Below the pieces are notes generated by a model, which was not told the origin of the DNA, did no database searches, and saw nothing but the letters and a program-made list of their open reading frames with translations. Below are positions 45,435-53,367 of a stretch of DNA of 64,000 nucleotides, one piece after another. Each line of letters starts with the position of its first letter. The stretch's first letter is position 1. The position numbers and the translations under genes are program-made. Source of the DNA: Bacteroidales bacterium. GTDB lineage: Bacteria; Bacteroidota; Bacteroidia; Bacteroidales; B18-G4. Where the stretch lies: the NCBI GenBank assembly GCA_032250805.1, contig JAVVEM010000008.1, forward strand, positions 25,774 through 89,773, given 5' to 3'.

Positions 45435-46742
45435 TTATTTCAGGGCCGAAAAGATGGCTTTTGGTGCATAGAGGGTCATGATGACGCCCCTTGCCAGCAT
45501 AAAAATCATCAGGGCGAGCCAGAGGCCGTGGTTACCCATAGGAGGGATAAGAAGGTAGCTGAGGGGAAGGAAAACAAGCAGGCTGGCAATGATCATGGCA
45601 TTTCGCATGGCGGGAGTAGCGGTGCATCCGGTAAATATTCCATCCCATATAAATGCGGCAAAAGAAACCAGCGGTACCAGGGCCAGCCAGGGAAGAAATG
45701 GCCTGGCACTGGCAATTACTCCCTGATTATTTGTTAAGATATAAAGAATGTAATCGCCGGCAGCAAGATAGGCCAGGCTGAACGGAATACTGATCATAAC
45801 GCCCCATATAAATATATAGCGGGTAAATTTCTTCAGGGCGGGGAGGTCTTTGGCCCCGAAAAACCTTCCTGCCAGCGATTCGGCAGCATAGGCAAAGCCA
45901 TCGAGGAAATAGGAAAACAGGAAGAGGAATTGCAGCATCATGGTATTTACCGCAAGGATATCGTCGCCCATCTTTGCCGAGCCTGTGGTAAAAAGCGAAA
46001 ATGCCAGGATCAGCAATACTGTCCTGATCATAATATCGCGGTTAACCATGAAGAAACGCTTTAATGCAGCAAGTTGCATGATGGCCTGTATATTCCAGTA
46101 TTTGAGTATGTGGGTATTATACCTGAAAAAGATAATGAGTCCGCTGATAAATCCGATATACTGGGCGATCAGGGTACCCCAGGCTACACCGTCGGATTTC
46201 AATCCAAATCCATAAACGAACATATAGTTTGCACCCACGTTAACGAGGTTGATAAGTATGGCAAGGATCATGGGTATCCGGGCATTCTGCATCCCGAGGA
46301 ACCACCCCATGAGCACATACAGGCCAAGGGTTGCGGGGGCTGCCCATATGCGAATGAAAAAATATTCTGACGCAAGCTGCTTAACCTCAGAACTGCTTTC
46401 GATCACTTTAAATATAAACCATTCCAGGGGCAGTTGCATGATAATGAGCAGGGCCCCGCCGGCCAGTGCTACCATTAAAGCTCTGGCAAAAATGAGGCTG
46501 CTTTCCTTTACATCGCTTGCTCCATATGCCTGAGCAGTGAAGCCGGTGGTGCCCATGCGGAGAAAACTGAATATGGCGTAGATAAAGTTAAATATCATCC
46601 CGCCCAGGGCAATGGCTCCGATATAGGCTTCGGGCGATGCATCGAGGTGCCCGAGAATGGCCAGATCGGCCATCCCCACCAGGGGAACGGTAATGTTGCT
46701 GATAATGTTCGGAATGGCCAGCCTGAGAATGGATCTGTTCAC
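45435..46742 (-). CDS. MATE family efflux transporter (DinF-like)
   Basis: 435 aa with 12 predicted TM helices. N-terminus ILRLAIPNIISNITVPLVGMADLAILGHL. Confidence 0.85.
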   Translation of the reverse strand: MNRSILRLAIPNIISNITVPLVGMADLAILGHLDASPEAYIGAIALGGMIFNFIYAIFSFLRMGTTGFTAQAYGASDVKESSLIFARALMVALAGGALLIIMQLPLEWFIFKVIESSSEVKQLASEYFFIRIWAAPATLGLYVLMGWFLGMQNARIPMILAILINLVNVGANYMFVYGFGLKSDGVAWGTLIAQYIGFISGLIIFFRYNTHILKYWNIQAIMQLAALKRFFMVNRDIMIRTVLLILAFSLFTTGSAKMGDDILAVNTMMLQFLFLFSYFLDGFAYAAESLAGRFFGAKDLPALKKFTRYIFIWGVMISIPFSLAYLAAGDYILYILTNNQGVIASARPFLPWLALVPLVSFAAFIWDGIFTGCTATPAMRNAMIIASLLVFLPLSYLLIPPMGNHGLWLALMIFMLARGVIMTLYAPKAIFSALK

Positions 46743-46811
46743 GACATGGAAATTTCAGGCGAAAATAAAACTTTTTGGATACGGTATATTGGTTCAGGGT
46801 ACCGGCCTGTG

Positions 46812-47393
46812 TTAATAATTTTCAGCCTTTTCCTCATAATAGGCTTGCGGATGTGCACAAACCGGGCATTTTTCCGGTGCTTTGGTACTAAAATGCACAT
46901 GGCCGCACTTGCGGCAGAACCAGGCAATCTTCTCATCGCGAAGGAAAGCCCGGCCTTCTTCAACGCTCTGTAAAAGTTTCAAGAAGCGTGCTTCATGATC
47001 GGCTTCGATTTTGGCGATCATCCTGAATATTGCGGCGATCTTCTTAAAGCCTTCCGCTGTAGCCACCTGGGCAAACTCAGGATAGAGCTTTGTCCATTCT
47101 TCGTTTTCGCCCATCGCCGCAGCTTTCAGGTTTTCCTCAGTCGTTCCGATCACGCCGGCCGGATAGGCAGCGGTGATCTCCACATCGCCCCCCTCCAGGA
47201 ATTTGAAAAATATCTTGGCATGTTGCTCCTCGTTCATGGCAGTTTCCATAAACAATGCCGAAATTTGCTCATAACCGTCCTTTTTGGCTTGCTTCGCAAA
47301 GAATGTATAACGGTTCTTTGCCTGCGATTCACCTGCAAAAGCTTTCAACAGGTTTTTTTCGGTTTGGGTTCCTTTAATGCTGCTCATATTCAT
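46812..47393 (-). CDS. rbr: Rubrerythrin
   Basis: TEKNLLKAFAGESQAKNRYTFFAKQAKKDGY is the diiron four-helix domain. The C-terminal rubredoxin-like motif is CRKCGH...CPVCAHP. The start is at 47393 or 47387. Confidence 0.9.
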   Translation of the reverse strand: MNMSSIKGTQTEKNLLKAFAGESQAKNRYTFFAKQAKKDGYEQISALFMETAMNEEQHAKIFFKFLEGGDVEITAAYPAGVIGTTEENLKAAAMGENEEWTKLYPEFAQVATAEGFKKIAAIFRMIAKIEADHEARFLKLLQSVEEGRAFLRDEKIAWFCRKCGHVHFSTKAPEKCPVCAHPQAYYEEKAENY

Positions 47394-47409
47394 TTTATTA
47401 ATTTGTTTG

Positions 47410-48117
47410 CTAATCCATTTCTTTGAATTCACTTTTTCCTACACCGCATACCGGACATGTCCAGTCATCGGGAAGGTCATCAAATGATGTTCCTGGGGGG
47501 ATATTTTTGGGTGCGTCACCTTCTTCAGGATCATACATATAACCACAAACGAGGCACTGGAATTTTTTCAGCTTTCCTTCGGCAAGGATTTCTGTTTCAG
47601 CCAGTTTTGATTTATCGGTATAGGTGGGCGCATTTTCGGGCGACAGGCCTTTGATCACATCCCTGTAGTATGCATAGGTAAGGGGCAAGGCTTTATCGAT
47701 GAGTACCTGTGCGTCGACGGCCTCGCCGATAAATAAAATATGTGAACCTGTATCAATTTCCGTATCCACCTTGCAATCGATATAGGCGATGGCCTTATCA
47801 AGCACGATCGGGGCTCCCGAAACACCTGTTTTGTAATTACAGCTGCTGAACTTATCCATCTCTCGTCCGGAATTAAACCCCCAGGGGCCCATAAATTTAA
47901 GGTCGACATCCTGCTGAAGCACTGATATCGAAAACACCCTGCTCTTCCTGATGTAGTCTGTGGTCAGGTTGTCTTTATGTGTGGCAATAGCAAAGCGCGG
48001 CGGTTCGGCCGAAACCTGGAAGACGGTGTTTGAGATATGGCCGTTTAGTTTTTCCCCGTCAGTGGAACTGACAATATACAGGCCATATGTAACTTTGAAA
48101 AATGACTGAATATCCAT
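47410..48117 (-). CDS. Flavin reductase domain fused to rubredoxin (high-molecular-weight rubredoxin type)
   Basis: The N-terminal part is a flavin-reductase-like fold. The C-terminus is FQCLVCGYMYDPEEGD...WTCPVCGVGKSEF. Confidence 0.8.
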   Translation of the reverse strand: MDIQSFFKVTYGLYIVSSTDGEKLNGHISNTVFQVSAEPPRFAIATHKDNLTTDYIRKSRVFSISVLQQDVDLKFMGPWGFNSGREMDKFSSCNYKTGVSGAPIVLDKAIAYIDCKVDTEIDTGSHILFIGEAVDAQVLIDKALPLTYAYYRDVIKGLSPENAPTYTDKSKLAETEILAEGKLKKFQCLVCGYMYDPEEGDAPKNIPPGTSFDDLPDDWTCPVCGVGKSEFKEMD

Positions 48118-48209
48118 TTACCCTCTTTTGAGGATAAATTTAGAGGTTTTTGTAAACCGGGCAAGATAGAATGAATATAAATTAAAAATCAGGCCCGCGC
48201 AAACAATTG

Positions 48210-48746
48210 CTACCCGGTGATCCAGTTTATGATCTTGTCAGCGTATGGCTTGGTTTTTGGCGAGGCATAATCTACGAGATTTCCGTTTTCGTCGATCATG
48301 AATTTCTGGAAGTTCCACGAAACACCGGCATCCATTACGCCATTATTTTCTTTCTTCGTAAGCCATGCGTAAAGGGGATGTATTTCTTTACCTTTTACCG
48401 AGATCTTGGCCATCATGGGGAAAGTAACCCCGTAGTTTATTGAACAGAATTCCTTGATCTCTTCGTTACTGCCGGGCTCCTGCCTCAGGAAATTATTGGC
48501 CGGAAAACCAATGATGGTGAAATTATCACCACCGTACTCTTCATAAAGTTTTTGAAGACCTTCGTATTGCGATGTGAACCCACATTTGGAGGCAACATTC
48601 ACCACCAATACCTTTTTTCCTTTAAACTGTTCAAGGCTAATTTCTTTGCCATCAATTGTTTCAACTGTAAAGCTGTGAAAATTAACATCCTGTGCTTGTG
48701 AAGCCATCGTACTTAAGATTATCATTGACATAATTATTTTTTTCAT
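48210..48746 (-). CDS. Glutathione peroxidase (Cys-type) with signal peptide
   Basis: VLVVNVASKCGFTSQYEGLQKLYEEYG...WNFQKF. The start was trimmed to MKKIIMSMIILSTMASQAQ (ATG at 48746). Confidence 0.9.
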   Translation of the reverse strand: MKKIIMSMIILSTMASQAQDVNFHSFTVETIDGKEISLEQFKGKKVLVVNVASKCGFTSQYEGLQKLYEEYGGDNFTIIGFPANNFLRQEPGSNEEIKEFCSINYGVTFPMMAKISVKGKEIHPLYAWLTKKENNGVMDAGVSWNFQKFMIDENGNLVDYASPKTKPYADKIINWITG

Positions 48747-48845
48747 TTTGTTTGGTTTTGCAATAATAACAATAAACAGGAATACTTGTTCATGCCAATT
48801 TATTCCGGATCGCATTATTGCTTTTATTTTACCTTTGCAGCCATC

Positions 48846-50159
48846 ATGAAACTGGTCCCGGATATCATCCGCAAGCTGAATTCTGACGAGCGAAAGGCTT
48901 TTCGGTTGCATATGATCTATTCTGCCCTGGAAGGGATCATCCTGGGTGTGCTTGCACTGAACGAATACGTTTTTATTTACAGTCTGCGTGGCTCAAACTA
49001 CCAGCTTGCCTTTCTTTTTCAGTTCAGCATGATGGTATTTGTATTCCTTTTTATTTTTAACCAATTCAGAAAGCGTATAGGCAATAAGCGAAAGATGCTT
49101 CGCATTACAGGCCTGCTTACCAGGTTGCCGCTGATCCTGCTGGCCCTGATACCGCCCGACCCGGCCGCACTGAGCGGGCAGTCGGTATGGCATTATCTTT
49201 TTCTGATCGTGTTTTTGGTTTACTTTTTTGGCAATATCATTATTTATCCGGCCATAAATGTTTTGCTTAAAACCAATTACAGGCACGAAAATTTTGGCAA
49301 GCTATACAGCTACGCAACTTCCCTGAACAAGATCATCATCCTGCTGGCTACTTTCTCGTACGGCCTCTGGCTTGATGCCGATAATTTTGCCTTTCGTTTT
49401 GTTTTTCCGGGTATCGGACTGCTCGGGGTGATCTCACTCTTCGTGCTCTCGGGGATCGATTATTCAAAGGTTACACAACATCCCCTTGCAATGAAATTCA
49501 GGGATTCAATAAAAGAATCGTGGCTGAACATGGTAAACATTCTCAAAACCAACAAACCCTATCTGCATTTTGAGATTGGTTTTATGTTCTACGGCTTTTC
49601 TTTCATGATATCAGTTACCATCATCAACATCTTTTTTCAGGATGCCCTTAACCTCAATTATACCAGTGTGGCTTTTTATAAGAATGCCTATAACATACTG
49701 GCGATCATCCTGCTGCCGTTTTTTGGTAAATTGCTGAGCAATATCGATCCCCGCCGCTTTGCTGCACTTACTTTTACAGCCTTATTTCTGTATATTACCT
49801 TTTTGCTGGCAACGGTATATTTTCCCGGAAATTTCGAATTCATGGGCATTAAGGTGTATTATATGCTCATTATTTCATTTTTCTTTTACGGCATTTTTGC
49901 CGCCACCATGGCCCTCCTGTGGTTCATCGGGTCGGCATACTTTTGCAAACCGGGCGATGCCGATGATTATCAGTCGGTTCACCTTTCACTCACCGGAGTG
50001 CGCTCCTTATTTGCCCCTGTTTTCGGCGTATATTTTTACGAGCTGATCGGGTTCAGCGGTACCTTCCTGCTCACCATGGGTACATTGCTTATTGCAATGG
50101 GCCTGATGCGCTGGTCATACAAAAGAGATAAACTCATGGTTATGGAAGAAGACCAGTAG
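48846..50159 (+). CDS. MFS transporter
   Basis: About 12 hydrophobic helices. The start was trimmed to MKLVPDIIRKL (48846) so that it no longer overlaps the divergent gpx gene. Confidence 0.7.
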   Translation: MKLVPDIIRKLNSDERKAFRLHMIYSALEGIILGVLALNEYVFIYSLRGSNYQLAFLFQFSMMVFVFLFIFNQFRKRIGNKRKMLRITGLLTRLPLILLALIPPDPAALSGQSVWHYLFLIVFLVYFFGNIIIYPAINVLLKTNYRHENFGKLYSYATSLNKIIILLATFSYGLWLDADNFAFRFVFPGIGLLGVISLFVLSGIDYSKVTQHPLAMKFRDSIKESWLNMVNILKTNKPYLHFEIGFMFYGFSFMISVTIINIFFQDALNLNYTSVAFYKNAYNILAIILLPFFGKLLSNIDPRRFAALTFTALFLYITFLLATVYFPGNFEFMGIKVYYMLIISFFFYGIFAATMALLWFIGSAYFCKPGDADDYQSVHLSLTGVRSLFAPVFGVYFYELIGFSGTFLLTMGTLLIAMGLMRWSYKRDKLMVMEEDQ

Positions 50160-50216
50160 TTTTTAAATGTCAGGGCAACGCCTGAATCATAAATTTGTTC
50201 ATGTGCTGAAAGAGTC

Positions 50217-50849
50217 CTACGATCTCTTTCTGAAAACCAAATACAATATGGCAGTCAGGGCCGAAATGGCCATGAGATAATCCGGGTAAACCCCGAAATT
50301 AATCGCTGCACTGGTTCCGACAATGGTCCATAAAGCAGGAATGATCAGTAAGTATCTTGGGAACTTCGTACTCGTAAGGATCAAAAAACCAAAGGTGAGG
50401 ATCGTTGAAGGGCAAGGCAATCCCAGTGTGATCGTTTTGTGTAATGAATCTTCCAAAAGAAACAACATTACAGGATAGATGAAAATGCCGATCAGGATAA
50501 ACAGATACGCAAAATAATCAATTCCCTGCCCTTTGATCTCAAACGCAAGTCTTTTTCGGATCAATGCTTCGAACAGGAAAGCCAGTCCCTGCAGGATAAA
50601 CAGTCCGCCAAAGACCCATGCCGCCGGATTGATCTCCGTAAAGAAAATAAAATGATAAGCGATGCCTGTCCATATCCATAAGACGCCAAGAAAACTGCCA
50701 ATCAGCTTGTTTTTACTGTCCTTTCTGGTAAATAACAGGATCGCAGATGCGATGCCAAGTAAAATGATAATGAATTGTGCCGGAAAAACAGTCATATTGT
50801 ATTGTTCAATGACTTCAAAAAACTGCTGGGTGGTAAAGGGGATTTTCAT
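50217..50849 (-). CDS. Integral membrane protein (DUF6064-like)
   Basis: MKIPFTTQQFFEVIEQYNMTVFPAQ followed by about 6 TM helices. The family was recalled from memory, not searched. Confidence 0.5.
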   Translation of the reverse strand: MKIPFTTQQFFEVIEQYNMTVFPAQFIIILLGIASAILLFTRKDSKNKLIGSFLGVLWIWTGIAYHFIFFTEINPAAWVFGGLFILQGLAFLFEALIRKRLAFEIKGQGIDYFAYLFILIGIFIYPVMLFLLEDSLHKTITLGLPCPSTILTFGFLILTSTKFPRYLLIIPALWTIVGTSAAINFGVYPDYLMAISALTAILYLVFRKRS

Positions 50850-51009
50850 CTTTCTATAATTTTTTGTCAGGATCAAAATTATAGATCACGTTAACCAAAG
50901 TCAAATTTTTTGAATTAAAAACAATGGTTTTGAAACTTTTATCATCCGATCACAGTAAAAGCCAATGACCAAATTCACTATAATAATTCAAACCAAAATG
51001 AATTAGTGT

Positions 51010-51040
51010 GCCTCCGATTGATTCGGGGGCTTTTTTATTT
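51010..51040 (+). terminator. Orphan intrinsic terminator (no upstream + strand CDS)
   Basis: GCCTCCGA-TTGAT-TCGGGGGC gives an 8-bp stem with one G-U pair, followed by TTTTTTATTT. The minus-strand reading has no T-run. Confidence 0.6.
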
Positions 51041-51094
51041 CTGACCTTTATCCGGTTACCTGTAACAGTGATACAATACAATTATCTTTGCTGA

Positions 51095-51871
51095 ATGGAT
51101 ATATCTGCCGAAGCAATCGCCGATCTGCTCAACACCAAAGCCGCCTGGTATAATAAATATTGGTTTATTGAAGATGACCCCATATGCATACCTCACAGGT
51201 TTAGCCTGAAAGAGGACAGGGAGATTGCAGGTTTTTTGGCAGCAACGATTGCCTGGGGACAGCGTCCGGTAATTATCCGCAATGCCACTTTGCTGATGCA
51301 GTGGATGGATTTCAGGCCATATGATTTTATAATGAATGCCGGAGCGGATGAGATCAGCTATTTTGACCGTTTTAAGCATCGTACGTTCAATGGGGAAGAT
51401 TGTATTTATTTTATTCGCGAATTGCAGCGTCTTTATCGTGAAGAGGGCGGGCTTGAAAAAATATTTACTTCAGGATTTAATCTGAATGGGGGAGATGCCG
51501 GTCTGGCCATCAGCAGCTTCCGAAATCACTTCTTTTCTTCCCGTGCCCCGGGAAGGACACATAAGCATGTATCCGATCCGGCTTCCGGCTCCGCGGCCAA
51601 ACGTATAAATATGTTTTTACGCTGGATGGTCCGTAAGGATACCAATGGTGTCGACTTCGGACTTTGGGACGGTATCGCGCCATCACAACTCTGCTGCCCT
51701 CTTGATGTGCATACGGCCAGTGTTGCCCGGCAATTGGGTATCCTTAGGCGGAATGCCAACGACTGGCGGTCGGTCATGGAACTTACCACTTATCTCCGTA
51801 CCCTCGACCCCGCCGATCCGGTGAAGTATGATTTTGCCCTCTTTGGCCTGGGCATGTATGAAAATTTCTGA
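51095..51871 (+). CDS. TIGR02757/DUF2400-like protein
   Basis: 258 aa with DPICIPHRF...EIAGFLAATIAWGQR...CPLDVH. The family was recalled from memory. Confidence 0.55.
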   Translation: MDISAEAIADLLNTKAAWYNKYWFIEDDPICIPHRFSLKEDREIAGFLAATIAWGQRPVIIRNATLLMQWMDFRPYDFIMNAGADEISYFDRFKHRTFNGEDCIYFIRELQRLYREEGGLEKIFTSGFNLNGGDAGLAISSFRNHFFSSRAPGRTHKHVSDPASGSAAKRINMFLRWMVRKDTNGVDFGLWDGIAPSQLCCPLDVHTASVARQLGILRRNANDWRSVMELTTYLRTLDPADPVKYDFALFGLGMYENF

Positions 51872-52097
51872 AAAATAATTCACTTTTTTCTTGCTTATTA
51901 TGGGCATATGCCCGGTATTTGCAGTCGCTGACCCTCTTTCGCTACTTATCAGTTGAAGTTTCAGCTAAGGCTCTGAGGCTACGGAGGGAAGCCACTAACA
52001 AGCAACCAGTAACTCCTGAAAAATGAGAGGTGAGGAGAAAGGGAGAAAGGGAAAAAGGGAAAAAGGAATGAAGAACATGGAAGTTTAATGATTTAGC

Positions 52098-52132
52098 GAT
52101 TTTCGATTTTCGATTTTCGATTTTCGATTTTC
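52098..52132. repeat. Tandem heptamer (GATTTTC)x5
   Basis: Read directly from the sequence: gattttc repeated five times without interruption. Confidence 0.95.
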
Positions 52133-52200
52133 GAATTGTCAACCTTTGCATGGGAGATAAGTGAGCTAAAGTGAACGAAATTTGATATTAACCATTTAAC

Positions 52201-52450
52201 CCCCGAGGTTTTGGGGCAGGCATTTAGCCCTTTAACAGTGAATCACTGAAACCACCGAGTTCTCGGGGCAGGCACTGAAACCATGAAACCACCGAGTTCT
52301 CGGGGCAGGCACTGAAACACTGAAGCACTGAAACACTGTCCACCTTCGCCGAGGCTTCGGTGGATGCGAAAACACTGAAACACTGAAACCACCGAGTTCT
52401 CGGGGCGGGCATTTAACAGTTTAACCATTTAACAGTTTAACCATTTAACC
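52201..52450. repeat. Composite array of short word-like repeats
   Basis: A 30-mer CCACCGAGTTCTCGGGGCAGGCACTGAAAC occurs at 52252-52281 and 52289-52318 and is degenerate at 52389-52410. There are many CACTGAAAC words. A 16-mer CATTTAACAGTTTAAC is present in 2.5 copies at 52410-52450, ending 6 bp before the DUF134 ATG. Confidence 0.9.
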
Positions 52451-52456
52451 AGTACA

Positions 52457-52756
52457 ATGCCAAGAAGAAAAAGAAGAAGGAACATAGGTTTTACGGCCAG
52501 CGCAAGTTATTACAAGCCTGCCGGCATTCCCATACGCGCCTGTGTGGATGTCACTATCGGGGAGGATGAAATGGAAGCCCTGCGCCTTGCCGATCTCGAG
52601 GGTTTATATCATGAAGATGCCGCCGCCAGGATGGACGTTTCGAGGCAAACCTTTGGCAGGATCATCGCATCAGCCAGACAGAAAATAGCCGATGCACTGA
52701 TCAACGGGAAGGCCATAAAGATAGAAACAGGAGATTCAGTGGAGAATGACCGCTAA
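52457..52756 (+). CDS. DUF134 (UPF0251) putative DNA-binding protein
   Basis: MPRRKRRR...YKPAGIP...EMEALRLADLEGLYHEDAAARMDVSRQTFGRII. This is a sigma-70 region-4-like HTH, typical of DUF134. Confidence 0.8.
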   Translation: MPRRKRRRNIGFTASASYYKPAGIPIRACVDVTIGEDEMEALRLADLEGLYHEDAAARMDVSRQTFGRIIASARQKIADALINGKAIKIETGDSVENDR

Positions 52757-52830
52757 GGGCGTACCATGTTTGAAAAGTAGTATTAACCTTGTTTGATTAT
52801 GGGAGATAGACAGAGCACTTTAAACTCAAC

Positions 52831-52858
52831 TCAACACCCAAAAATCAACACCCAAAAT
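52831..52858. repeat. Tandem 14-mer TCAACACCCAAAA(A/T) x2 just upstream of the DUF5320 start
   Basis: tcaacacccaaaa occurs at 52831-52843 and 52845-52857, with a partial copy (actcaac) preceding. Confidence 0.85.
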
Positions 52859-52866
52859 TCAATAAA

Positions 52867-53058
52867 ATGCCACATTTAGATTCAACCGGACCAGAAGGAA
52901 AAGGCTCCCGTACAGGAAGAGGCCTCGGACGTTGTAAACCCGCGAAAAACAGCGGCGAATACTCCTTTGGCAGGGGTATGGGGTTACGCAGGAGAGCTCA
53001 GGAGAGCGGAAAGGGCAAAGGCCTGCGGCTGCGCAGCGGCGGGCAGTTCGACGAATAA
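52867..53058 (+). CDS. DUF5320-like small glycine/arginine-rich protein
   Basis: 63 aa with TGPEGKGSRTGRGLGRC...GRGMGLRRR. It sits in the usual position downstream of DUF134. Confidence 0.6.
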   Translation: MPHLDSTGPEGKGSRTGRGLGRCKPAKNSGEYSFGRGMGLRRRAQESGKGKGLRLRSGGQFDE

Positions 53059-53151
53059 GCTATAGCGACAGATGCCACCAGCAAGATGACAACGGAAGCA
53101 TGATGTAAAAAAGCTTCTGAAATGCAATCACTATGTTGGTTGGGGCCAGTC

Positions 53152-53367
53152 TTATTCTGCCACAAATATCTTGCTCATAACCAAGCTTTTGTTGCTTAGG
53201 CTGATCACATATGTGCCTGCCGGCAGCGAGGAGATATTCACGCTGCTGCAGCTGGCATTCTTTTGGATCATCAGTTGTCCCTTGCTGTCGAAAATCTGCA
53301 GTTTTTCGAAATCTTTTTCCGAAGATATGAACAGTATTTCCGATGCCGGGTTGGGATAGATCCTTAG
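53152..53367 (-). other. T9SS (Por) C-terminal sorting domain of the propeller protein
   Basis: The last 71 aa are LRIYPNPASEILFISSEKDFEKLQIFDSKGQLM...LPAGTYVISLSNKSLVMSKIFVAE. Confidence 0.7.

Noticed and set aside
48210-48746. Selenocysteine recoding in glutathione peroxidase.
   Set aside because: The catalytic position reads Cys (VASKCGFT) from an ordinary codon, and there is no in-frame TGA.
51902-51913. Palindrome GGGCATATGCCC just after the TIGR02757-like gene, considered as a terminator.
   Set aside because: It gives only a 4-bp stem once a loop is allowed, and there is no T-run.
51942-52428. ORFs 51942-52151(-), 52224-52412(-) and 52243-52428(-) in the repeat region.
   Set aside because: Their translations are read-outs of tandem DNA words (RKSKIENRKSKI, PRTRWFQCFSVF...). 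The two longer ones overlap each other in different frames. They are not credible coding sequence.
52201-52450. Possible CRISPR array, because an exact 30-mer recurs.
   Set aside because: The period is only 37 bp, leaving 7-bp 'spacers'. There are just two exact copies, the surroundings are other simple repeats, and no cas genes are in the window.
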